The position numbers and the translations under genes were made by a program. A DNA stretch of 47,233 nt from assembly GCA_905178155.1 (NCBI GenBank), contig CAJINV010000001.1, forward strand, positions 5,716,495-5,763,727, read 5' to 3'. Source of the DNA: Amoebophrya sp. A120 (lineage: Eukaryota; Protista; Dinoflagellata). Of this stretch, positions 1 to 11,600 are shown piece by piece (the stretch's first letter is position 1; each line of letters begins with the position of its first letter). The notes under the pieces were generated by a model. The model was given only the letters and a program-made list of their open reading frames with translations. It did no database searches and was not told the DNA's origin.

Positions 1-325
1 GAAAGGGCGCGAGGGACGGCTCAACTTGGGCCAGAGGATTCCTGAGAGGATTTTGGAATCCTCTGCGGAATCCTCTGTGGAATCCTCCCCCGAAATCGAG
101 GCACCGCCGTCGGGGAAAGGGCGCGGAAGACGGCTCGACTTGGGCCAGAGGATTCCTGAGAGGATTTTGGAATCCTCTGAGGAATCCTCTGTGGAATCCT
201 CCCGCGAAATCGAGGCACTGCCGCCGGGGAAACAAAGGGCGCGAGGGACGGCTCAACTTGGGCCAGAGGATTCCTGAGAGGATTTTGGAATCCTCTGAGG
301 AATCCCCTGCGGAATCGTCTGCGAA
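1..325. repeat. Tandem repeat, 114-118 bp unit, about 2.7 copies, truncated by the window edge
   Basis: tc(a/g)acttgggccagaggattcctgagaggattttggaatcctctg recurs at 21, 135 and 253. Each unit has an internal inverted pair agaggattcc/ggaatcctct. Confidence 0.9.
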
Positions 326-583
326 AATGTGCGCCGGTTTGCCGGGGCCGCCAGGTTGCTCGCAATCCGCAGCCGACTGTGGCGATTTGGGCGCACGAGA
401 CTGCAACGCAGACGCGGCGCGGTTGTGCACACAAACAGCAGCGGCGTCCTTGCGCGCGCCGCGTTTTCGGTTGCATTGCAACACACTTTAGCACGAGCGA
501 AGCCGAAGGTTTCCCGGGAAACCTTAAACGACCTTGCCCGAGCGGAATCCATTGATTTCTGGGTCTCACAGCGTCACTTTCTC

Positions 584-2325
584 TTTTTTTTTGACGCTAA
601 ATTTGAAAACTTTGGAAGGAAAACAAACAAACCCGATGGCACGGCCGTCCTCGGGGCTCCGGCAAGTATGCGAACCCGCATGGCACGGCCTCCCCGCAAG
701 AACCGCCAAAAGGCGCCGGACCTCGGCCGCAGCATAGCACCGGGATTCGGGTCCCCCGCCTGCCCCGGGGAGGCCGTGGCATGCGGGTTCGGGCGCGCTT
801 TTTTTTTTGACGCGAAATTGGAAAACTTTGGAAGAAAAACAACAAACCCGGATGGCCCGGCAGTCCTTGGGTTTCCGGCAAGTATGCGAACCCGCATGGT
901 ACGGCCTCCCCGCAAGAACCGCCAAAAGGCCCTGGACCTCGGCCGCAGCATAGCACCGGGATTCGGGTCCCCCGCCTGCCCCGGGGAGGCCGTAGCATGC
1001 GGGCTCGGGCGCGTTTTTTTTTTGACGCGAATTTTGCAAATTTTGGAAGAAAAACAAAAAACCCCGATGGCACGGCCGTCCTTGGGGTTCCGGCAAGTAT
1101 GAGAACCCGCATGGTATGGTCTTCCCGCAAGAGCTGTCAAAAAGCGCCGGGCCTTTGCCACAGCAAGCATAGCACCGAGATTCGGGCCCCCCGCCTGCCC
1201 CGGGGGGGCCATAGCATCCGGGTTCGGGCGCGCTTTTTTTTTTAGTGCGAATTTTGCAAATTTCGAAAAAAAAACAAAGAGCCCGGACGGCACGGCCGCC
1301 CTTGGGGTTCCGGCAAGTACGCGAATCCGCATGGTATGGCCTCCCCGCAAGGGCCGCCAAAAAGCGCCGGGGCTTTGCCGCAGCATAGCGCCGAGATTCG
1401 GCCCCCCCGCCTGCCCAGGGGGGGCCATAGCATGCGGGCTCGGGCGCGCTTTTTTTTTTGCGCGAATTCTGAAGGTTTTTGAAAAGAAACAAGGCAGCCC
1501 GGTGGCACGGCCGTCCTTCGGGTTCCGGCAAGTACGCGGGCCCGCACGGTGTGGCCCCTTCGCGAAAAGCCGCCAAAAAGCGCTGGGCGGGCCTTGGCCG
1601 CAAAATACCGCCGGGATTCAGCCCCCCCGCCTGTTCCGGGAGGGCCAACCATAGCGCGCGGTCTCGGGCGAAAGCTTGAAGCTTTTTGCGCAAAAAGCAG
1701 CGGCATCGGGCGGAAACCTGCCGGGCGCTGGATGGTCGCTCGCAGCGGCCGGGGTCTTTTTCTTTGATGTAGGCGCTGCCTTTTTCTAGTGTTGCCTTTG
1801 TTATTCTTGCGCACCTCCTTCCGCGCTCCGCTTTATCAAGTGTAAAGCTGTCTGGGTCTGGAAGGCGTCCAGAAACGCGCCGGGCTATCTTTCAACCACC
1901 CTTGCAAAATCAATGCTGGAAATAAGTGAAGCAGAGGCTTTTTTCATTAAAAAGCAGCAAGTAGATAAAGGAATAGCTAGAAGTAAGAAGCTAAGTAATT
2001 AGGCCGAGACCCGCCACCAGAGTGGGGCGATAGCTACCACAAAATAGACAAGGCTTCCCGCTTGGTCACTAGCTATCTGAACTATCTTAAGGCGTCGCGC
2101 TAAGGAAAACCTAGCTAGCTGAAGCGTTTAAAAACCTCGGGCGTTAAGGAAAAGCGGCACGCGCAGAAGGCTCCGCCGTTGGTGTGGCGTCGCCGGCAGC
2201 TCTATGCAGATTGAAAATTCCCCACTCCACAAGCAGCACGGTAGAGCCACGCTCTAGGTATTTGCCATGCATTTTTCTACTTTCTGACTGATGTCTGTCA
2301 TGCGTTTCTCTATGTCCGTCGTGCT
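584..2325. repeat. Left arm of a ~1.75-kb inverted duplication, including 5 tandem 215-220 bp units (about 584-1670)
   Basis: ggcaagta recurs at 661, 877, 1092, 1312 and 1527. The arm is the diverged reverse complement of about 3493-5233 (e.g. 2219-2325 vs 3493-3600). Confidence 0.92.
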
Positions 2326-2329
2326 AAGG

Positions 2330-3376
2330 CGGTCGCTTTGATCACAAACGCGCGACGCTTCTTTCTTCATTTCTTCCGATTTTCCTTGTTGTTTCGATAT
2401 GGGGGCGCGGTCGCCATAGCGTCGGGGCTAGCGACGCCCCCGCTCTGATTCTGCTGCCCACTTTCGTCGTTCTTTCGCGGTTCTGTTGTTGCAGAAGCCA
2501 AGCGGTCCAAGACTCGCAATGTGGCTAGCCCCACTGCTATGGCGACCACGCTCCCATATCGAGGCAACAAATAAAACGACGACGGACTGGCGGCCGTTTT
2601 GCGCACAAATGTGCGGCGGTTCTTTCTTCATTTTTTCCGGTTTTCCTTGTTGTTTCGATATGGGGGCGTGGTCGCCGTAGCGTCGGGGCTGGCGACGCTC
2701 CCGCTCTGATTCTGCTGCCCACTTGCGTCGTTCTTTCGCGGTTCTGTTGTTGCAGAATCCAAGCGGTCCAAGACTCGCAATGTGGCTAGCCCCACTGCTA
2801 TGGCGACCACGCCCCCACATCGAAGCAACAAATAAAACGACGACGGATTGGCGGCCGTTTTTTTGATCTATCACAAATGTGCGGCGGCTCTTTCTTCATT
2901 TTTTCCGATTTTCCTTGTTGTTTCGATATGGGGGCGTGGTCGCCGTAGCGTCGGGGCTGGCGACGATCCCGCTCTGATTCTGCTGCCCACTTTCGTCGTT
3001 CTTTCGCGGTTCTGTTGTTGCAGAATTCAAGCGGTCCAAGACTCGCAATGTGGCTAGCCCCACTGCTATGGCGACCACGCCCCCATATCGAAACAACAAA
3101 GAAAACGACGACGGATTGGCGGTCGTTTTGATCACAAATGTGCGGCGGTTCTTTCTTCATTTTTTCCGATTTTCCTTGTTGCCTCGATATGGGGGCGTGG
3201 TCGCCGTAGCGTCGGGGCTGGCGACGATCCCGCTCTGATTCTGCTGCCCACTTTCGTCGTTCTTTCGCGGTTCTGTTGTTGCAGAATCCAAGCGGTCCAA
3301 GACTCGCAATGTGGCTAGCCCCACTGGTATGGCGACCGCGCCCCCATATCGAAACAACAAAGAAAACGACGACGGA
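2330..3376. repeat. Tandem array, four 261-268 bp units, each with a ~35-bp internal inverted repeat; forms the spacer of the large inverted duplication
   Basis: cgatatggggg at 2395, 2656, 2924 and 3185. Each pairs with a downstream gctatggcgaccacgcccccatatcga. Confidence 0.92.
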
Positions 3377-3492
3377 GGTGCAGGCGCAGAGGTGGCGCCC
3401 GAGTCCGACTGAGGTGTAGGCGCAGGCGCTCCACAGCGCGAGCCGGGTCGGTAATATGTGTGAGAGCTGAAAAATACCCCCACGCCACAAGC

Positions 3493-5450
3493 AGCACGAC
3501 AGACATAGAGAAATGCATGACAGACATCAGTAAGAAAGTGGAAAAATGCATGGCAAATACCTAGAGCGTGGCTCTATCGTGCTGCTTGTGGAGTGGGGAA
3601 CTTTCAATCTGCATAGGGCTGCCGGCGACGCCACACCAACGGCGGAGCCTTCTGCGCGTGCCGCTTTTCCTTAACGCCCGAGGTTTTTAAATGCTTCAGC
3701 TAGCTAGGTTTTCCTTAGCGCGGCGCCTTGCGGTAGTTCGGATAGCTAGTGACCAAGCGGGAAACTTTGTCTATTTTGTGGTAGCTATCGACCCACTCTG
3801 GTGGCGGGTCTCGGCCTAATTATTTAGCTCCTTACCTCGTTCTAGCTATTCCTCTATCTACTTGCTGTATGTTTTTTAATGAAAAAAGCCTCTGCGTCAC
3901 TTATTTACAGCATTTTGCAAGGGTGGTTGAAAGATAGCCCGGCGCATTTCTGGACGCCTTCCAGACCCAGACAGCTTTCCACTTGATAAAGCGGTCGGAG
4001 CGCGGAAGGAGGTGCGCAAGAATAACAGAGGCAATATTAGAAAAAGGCAGCGCCTACATCAAAGAAAAAGACCCCGGCCGCTGCGCGCGACCATCCAACC
4101 CCCGGCCGGTTTCCGCCCGATGCCGCTGCTTTTTGCGCAAAAAGCTTCAAGCTTTCGCCCGGGACCGCGCGCTATGGCCCTCCCGGAACAGGCGGGGGGG
4201 CTGAATCCCGGCGGCATGTTGCGGCCCAGCCCGCCCGGCGCTTTTTGGCGGCTTTTCGCGAAGGGGCCACACCGTGCGGGCCCGCGTACTTGCCGGAACC
4301 CGAAGGACGGCCGTGCCACCGGGCCGCCTTGTTTCTTTTCAAAAACCTCCAGAATTCGCGCAAAAAAAAAAGCGCGCCAGAGCCCGCACGCTGTGGCCCC
4401 CCCGGGGCAGGCGGGGGGGCCGGGTCTCGGCGCTATGCTGCGGCAAAGCCCCGGCGCTTTTTGGCGGCCCTTGCGGGGAGACCATACCACGCGGGTTCGC
4501 GTACTTGCCGGAACCCCAAGGGCGGCCGTGCCGCTGGGGCTCTTTGTTTTTTTTCAAAATTTGCAAAATTCGCATCAAAAAAAAAAGCGCGCCCGAACCC
4601 GGATGCTATGGCCCCCCCGGGGCAGGCGGGGGGCCCGAATCTCGGTGCTATGCTGTGGCAAAGGCCCGGCGCTTTTTGACGGCTCTTGCGGGAAGACCAT
4701 ACCATGCGGGTCCTCATACTTGCCGGAACCCCAAGGACGGCCGTGCCATCGGGGTTTTTTGTTTTTCTTTCAAAATTTGCAAAATTCGCGCCAAAAAAAA
4801 AGCGCGCCCGAACCCACATGCTACGGCCTCCCCGGGGCAGGCGGGGGACCCGAATCCCGGCGCTATGCTGCGGCCGAGGTCCGGCGCCTTTTGGCGGTTC
4901 TTGCGGGGAGGCCGTACCATGCGGGGTCGCATACTTGCCGGAACCCCAAGGACGGCCGTGCCGTCCGGGTTTGTTGTTTTTCTTCCAAAGTTTTCCAATT
5001 TCGCGTCAAAAAAAAAAGCGCGCCCGAACCCGCATGCTACGGCCTCCCCGGGGCAGGCGGGGGGCCCGAATCCCGGCGCTATGCTGCGGCCGAGGTCCGG
5101 CGCCTTTTGGCGGTTCTTGCGGGGAGGCCGTGCCATGCGGGTTCGCATACTTGCCGGAGCCCCGAGGACGGCCGTGCCATCGGGTTTGTTTGTTTTTCTT
5201 CCAAAGTTTTCAAATTTCGCGTCAAAAAAAAAAGCGCGCCCGAACCCGCATGCTAAGGCCTCCCCGGGGCCGGCGGGGGACCCGAATCCCGGCGCTATGC
5301 TGCGGCCGAGGCCCGGCGCCTTTTGGCGGTTCTTGCGGGGAGACCGTACCACGCGGATTCGCAACGTAGGGACATCCCAAAGGACGGCCGTGCCACCGCG
5401 ATTGCTTGTTTTTGATTCAAAAAAGTGCTGCACTTTTGAAAAAAAGCGGA
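3493..5450. repeat. Right arm of the inverted duplication, with about 6 inverted copies of the ~216-bp unit
   Basis: Reverse complement of 584-2325 up to about 5233, followed by one further degenerate unit. Confidence 0.9.
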
Positions 5451-5670
5451 ATCCGCGTGCTACGGTGGCCCCAGGAAACCCAAACCCGCTTGATATCTTG
5501 CCCAAGTGCCACTTTCTCCCGCACCCGGTTGATATTCGCACCAAAGAAACTAAAACCCGGTCGATATCGTGATCAAAAAAACTACATCTGATTTGAGGTA
5601 TCAAATAAATTGTTTTTTTTTTGTGTTTCTGTCTTTTCGATATGGGGGGGGGGGATTTTTCCTCATGATA

Positions 5671-8600
5671 ACGACTCGCTATTGTTTATAATTCCCGAGG
5701 ACGAGCGATAATCCATCGCGATATCCACCACGTCCTCCTTCACCGGCTCTTCTTCTACTTCGATCTTGTTCATCATCTTTGGTGTGGTCGTCGGGAACAC
5801 GTGCTCTGGTTCCAAATCCCGTTCGGAAGCTGAAAAGGCGCTTTTGTTCTTGATCGTGTCCTATCAAATGTACAAATGTCTGGGTCTGGAAGAGTCATGC
5901 TGTTTTTGCACATAGAAAACCAAAGCGACACAAAGACCTCGAGGAACCATCCACAACCAAGAACCTTGGATAAGTGGAGTCCCCGAAGTCCTGGAGGTGA
6001 GATGCGAGGGGGACGCCTATTAGCTAAAGCACTAAAAATTAGCACTAAAGCAGAGACCTTTGGCACTAAAAAAAGCACTAAAAATTAGCACTAAAGGCAT
6101 GCTGTTTTTGCATGACGCCGAAGGTCTGGCATGGAAGCTCTAGCATCACAGGTCTCGAGAAGCTTCCGCCATGCCGAATCCGCATGACAAATCCCACATT
6201 TTGGTGACAGAAAGTGGGCAGCTTTTGCTACCTATGCATGAGAGATTTTTCTGTGTTCTGAAATGCGCATCACAAGTTTGTATTCTTCCAGACCCAGACA
6301 TATTTGCAATGCATATGTCCGCGATACTGGACTGTCGTTTCGTGTTCTTGATGTTGCTCACAAAGTCCGCGTGTCGCTGCGCGAACGCCGCGGCGTCGAC
6401 CCGCTCGTGCTCCGGGGTCTTCTTGTCCAGCGGACTGCTCGTGCCGATGCGCAGCGGCGACCCGGCGCCGAACACGCCCGTGTCCTTCCGGAAGGGCACG
6501 GAGGTCAGCACCCCGGTTAAATTTCGCGCAGACACGCTGTCGCGGTGGAACACCGACTTGACCCGGTTCCAGTGGGGAGACACGCTGGTGCTGTCCTCGC
6601 CCTCCATGGACAGTTGCCGGTGCATCTGCTTCGCGCCGAGATTGAACGCCTTGTTCAGCTCGCTGCTGTAGCCCTGCAGCGCGCAGAAGCTGGACAACAC
6701 CAAATCGTCCGCCATGTACCCGTTAAACAGGCGGAGCTTGACCAACCCCGCGAAGATCAGGTCCGTGAAGCAGATGCGGATCATCAGCACGTTGATTACG
6801 GCGTCCACTGCCATGGTGACCACGGTGCCCCAGAAGGAGTCCGCGCGGAACACCACGTCCATCACGGTTTGCGCCTCCTCGTAGATGCCCCAAAGAACCA
6901 AAGAGAGCCCCAGCCAGAACAGCGCGAACGCCGTGAACCAGGCCTTGGTCACCTTGGGCAACATTTTGGAGTGCAAGTGCGACATCAGCGTGCCCTGCAC
7001 GATCGCCTCGCGCAGCTCCACGGACTGTCGGGACTTGGTCGCGCGTCCGTTGCCCGGGGTCGCGGCCGTGGCACCGCTGCTGCCGTGGGAATCGAAAATG
7101 GTGGAGGGCAACTGCGTCTGGTCGTCCAAATCTTCGGTGCTCTTCATCTTGCGCATCACCCAGTTGCCGATATCCGTCATGGCCCCGCTGCCGCGCCGGG
7201 CCAGGGACTTCCGCGATACCATCTTCTCCTGCTGGACACCCGTCGCCTGGCTGCTGGCGCAGCTCTCCTTGCTGCTGTTGGAGTCGCGCTTGGTCAGCGC
7301 CATGGGGTTGTTGGTTACCATTTGCTGCTGCTGCTGCTGTTGCATGGCCTTCAGGTTGCCGCGACGGTTCACAACCGGCTCCTTCTCGGTACCCACCGCA
7401 GCGGAAACGAGAGTCTTCTTTTCGCTAGACAGCAGCGTTGGGATGGCGTCCTTCAAAAAGCTACCGGCGGAGGATACGGGAGACGGGTTACCCGACTTTA
7501 GCGCGGGGGACGTCTGAGTTTTGATGTTGAAATTATGTTGAAAAGATCTAGATTTACTTTGCACAACCAACCAAAAACAATTTTTGAACAGCGAAGAAAC
7601 CTCTGCTCATGGTCCTGTCGCGATCGAGTTCTCACCGACTTTCCCCTCTATTACTTAATCAGTTTTCTAACTTCTGTTTTAGCAAATTTCATCAGTACCG
7701 CTTGTTCATCCCGATTTGGCGTGACACCGGTTTTCTCCACCGCTTTTCTTCCCAGCAAACGAAAAGCTTCCAAAGACGCCAACGCCCGGAACGCAGCCCA
7801 GGAGGTGATACCGCAGTAGCCGACGTAGATCAGGGATCCGTACAGCAGCTTCAAGTTGCCCATCCCGTGTCCGATGATGCTGAGCACCGGCCACAGCATC
7901 ACGATCGCGAGCAAGGGGACCACGAAGATGATCATGTAGGGGAAAATTGTGAACGGCAACAGCTCCATGACCAATCTCGCCCCACCGACCACGCCCGGGG
8001 TGACCATCATGCCGACGGAAGCCACGGGCAAATTCAGCATGACGTCGATGAACAACCTCGCGGCGACGTTGAGAAATTCCGGGCGCTCGTCGCTGTCGGG
8101 GAACAGCATGTAGAACCAGGGCAACCAAGACAACACCACGGTGACCGTCAACCGCACGGTCAAAGCAAGAATGGTCCACTTGGCGGACGCCTTGTAGTCC
8201 CGCCAGTGGTTCAACGCCCGAATCGCGGCGTACAGGGTGACCGCGGCGACGAACAATTTGAAGATGTACATCAACGTGTAGAACACGGACAGTCTCCGCT
8301 TCACCTCAAAGGCCTGCTCCACCGTGTAGTCGTCGTTGGCACTCGGCGACGCGGGCGTGGTTTCCGCACTCACGGACTCCGCGGAGGCGACCTGCAGGTA
8401 CCGCCGAGCTGTTCCTGCTGCGTTTGAAGCAGAAACTTCCGTCAAAACCCGCCTCCGCGAGTCGCCTTCCGCGCCGTCGCCGCCGAAACCGCTGCCGGCG
8501 GTGCGAAACATGTCCAGCATGGACTTCACGTCCTCGTGCGTCAGGCTCTCCTCCTCGCCGGAAAACAGCGTCTTGCACACCTGCGGCAGCTCCTGCACCG

Positions 8601-11600
8601 CACCCATGGCGACGATGACGAAGGCGAGACCGACGAAAATCATCAGGATCGAGCGCCGGAACGCGAGGAAGGAGCGGATGGTCGGGGTGAGGTTCTTGTC
8701 CGTCCAGTATTACAATCAAAAATGCCCCACCCCCGAACTTGAGAGCATTTGTATTGCAAACCTTTCCAAATGAAACGTTCGCCCTCTTGCATCTTTCGCA
8801 TCACAGATTTCCGATCGTGAATAGCAAAAATTTGTATTGCAAAAGATCCCAGCAAGAGCGGCGCTTGTCATGCAAGCGATGCGACACACACCTAGACTCT
8901 GCATCAGAAAGGTTCATACTCCTTTCATGAAAAAGTTTTCATTTGGAAACTTTGCATCACAAATTTTTGCAACTTTGGGGGTGGGGGCATTTTTCCTCGC
9001 GATATCCAGTACTTTTCGTCCGGAAACAGCGGGAGTTGAATCACCTTCGTTGATCGGAAGAAGACGCGCGCGACGTGCATGGGCCACGCGTTCAACAGCA
9101 GCTTCCGCACGTTTGCGTCCTTCGGGATCCAGCCCGCGCACGTCCACACGCAGTCCTTCTTCCCCGTGAACCGGGAGAACAGCTGCGGGTTCTCCAGCCG
9201 GGCGAGAAGCACCGGGGAGGGGCGGTCGACGGACTCGAGGGAACTCAGATCCTCGCCCGCGATGGAGGAGGTCGACAACCGATTTCCCCTGGTGCGGCCC
9301 TTGTCGTGATTCGGCGTGCCGGGGCGGAACCAGGCCAATCCGGCGGAAATGAGTGTGACCAAGGTGGCGATGCCCACAATGGAAATAAACATGATTAAGG
9401 CGGGCGACATGCTGGACTCCGAGCCGCTCTGCGGGGGGTCGGACTCCTGCATCGGCTCGTCGACCGCGGGGACGACCGGGCTCACGCTGTACTGCGTGCC
9501 AACGACCTCCTGCAACCGACGCGAAGAGGAAGCTGGAGCGGCAGTGGGTGTGGAGGAGGTGATTTGCGCCACGGGCACGTTGTAGCACGTGTTGTACAGG
9601 GCGGGAACGCAAACGCCGACGCTGATCGTGTTTTCCACCGTCGTGGTCGAAGCAGCTGCTCCTGTGGACGTCAGCTGCCGGGCACGCAGCCGACCTCCGG
9701 CACCGGTGGAACGCACACACAAGTCCGCAATGGGGATCGTCCGCGCGGCGGTGCCGCCACCGTTCACCTGCGTGCAGGCCTCCGTCTGGTCGGTGAGGGG
9801 CAGGACTTGCGAGAAAAGCGAGCTGGTTTGCCCAGACTCCAGATCCGTCTCCTCCAGATCCACGCCTAAGTTCGGTGCGCCCGCCGCCGTGGCGAGCACG
9901 CGGACGCGAGTGCGCAACTGCCGCTCGAAGGAGAGCGGCACGACGGAGAACCCGACCTTCACCAACGCCGACACCGACACGTCCGTCGGCGCCTGCATAA
10001 CCTCGGTTTCATCCGGGTACTGCACACGCACGAAGGACTTCTCGCCCAGGATCGCGCAGCGCTCGTAGGGCGCACCGTACGAGGGGTCCTGGCCCAGCTG
10101 AAACAGCTCGAAGTCCTGGTCCTTCTCGATGCAGGGGTGGCCGACCGTTCTCTTCGCGTCCGCCGCCGTGTCCGGCACGCACACACCCTGGTCGTTGGCG
10201 CACATGTTCGCCGCGCACCCGCACAGCCCGCCGCGCAGACACTTGGCGTTGCGGAAGGCGTCGCAGGTCCGCTCGCCGGCCTCGTAGTTGCAGAAGGCCG
10301 CCGGCACGATTTTCGCGCAGTAAGACTGCTCCGTGGACTTGGTCAGGGACAGAGACTGCTCCATCTCGGCGTAGCCGCGGTCGAGGAACTTCTGCTCCAG
10401 GTTGCCGAACTCCTTCGCGATCGCAACCTGGCTCACGGCGGTAAGCAAACCCGTCCCCGCGTCGATTTCCGCCACGTGCACCTTGTAGGCGCTGTCGCCC
10501 GGCTTCACGAACGCGTAGAAGTCGACGGAGTAGACGTTCGTGTTCGGGTCTTTCAGTTCGTACACGAGACACACCTTCGTGCTCGCGTCCAACCCCCGGC
10601 ACAGCAGCTTCTGGGGCGTCAGTTTGTACTCCAACCGCAGGGCCGGCGCGTTCTTCGCGTACACCTGCACAAACACGGCGTTCTCCTCCGGCAGCAGCAC
10701 GGCCACGTGCAACACCAGCGTCGCGGTGGCGGTGACCGCGGTCGCCGCGGGGGCCACGTTTCCGTAGTAGGAAGCTTCGACCTCCACCGCGGTTCCAGCG
10801 GACGTTTTGGACGCGTGGGCGAGGAGAAACGAAGCGTCGTCCAGCGCGACGCAGGCGACGGAACTCGCCGGGTGCTGCCCCGTGACTACCGCCGGGCACA
10901 GGTTCGGGTTCTTCAGCTGCAGTTCCAACGCCTGCACGTCCGGCACCGAGAATTTGTTGGCCGTGAGTGAAGCGGGGGGCGCCAGCGCCGGCGGCTGGCC
11001 GGGCCGCAGCTGCGTGATCGCGGTCGCGCGCATGGACTCGTACGCCAAGCTCGAGCGCAGCACCTCCGCGCCCATGGCGCACTGCGGGTCGTGCGCTGCG
11101 CACTTGTCCGTCACGCACTTGTCGATCCACTCGCCGGCGGTCGTGGTCGCGCACTGGCCCGCGGCGGGGGTCAAACCCGTGGACGCGTAGGTGTCGACGA
11201 AGGTACGGTATTTGGACAGCACGTGGTGGTCGAAAATGTCGCAGAAGTTCACCTCCCCCAACTCAAAGCCGTTGCAGCCCTTACTGTGCATCACGCCGGT
11301 GGGCGCGGTGCACATGCTGTGCTCCCGTACGCCGCCCAATCGGAACCCGAGGGGGAAGGCTTTCACGATGTCCTGCTGCATGTGGAAGGAGTCGCCAAAG
11401 CAGTACTGCGGGTAGGAATACGGCGCGAACACCGGCGGTGCCGCGAAGGTGACCAGTCGGCCAAACTCGATGTCCAAGCGGTGCAGGACCGCGACGGCAG
11501 CGCCTAACGAGTGACCGGTGATGTACACCTGGTTGCACTGGGCGGAATCCTGGGCCAGCGTCATCCAGTTCGCGAAGTCCGGGTGCTCCTTGAACCGCTT

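Larger units (their letters stand above)
1..5670. mobile_element. Putative giant (>5.67 kb) family-E TIR element; right end only, left end outside the window
   Basis: About 5633-5670 (cttttcgatatg(g)n atttttcctcatgata) matches the right TIRs of the family-E elements ending at 22759 and 31982. It abuts coding sequence at 5671 (predicted direct repeat acgac). I found no matching left end by eye in 1-5600. Confidence 0.6.

Noticed and set aside
1-3376. CRISPR-like appearance of regularly spaced palindromic repeats
   Set aside because: Whole units repeat, with no unique spacers; no cas genes; eukaryotic context.
21-5604. Many long ORFs (up to 432 aa) on both strands
   Set aside because: They are translations of GC-rich tandem repeats in several frames at once, with frame shifts at poly-A/T runs and no domain signal.
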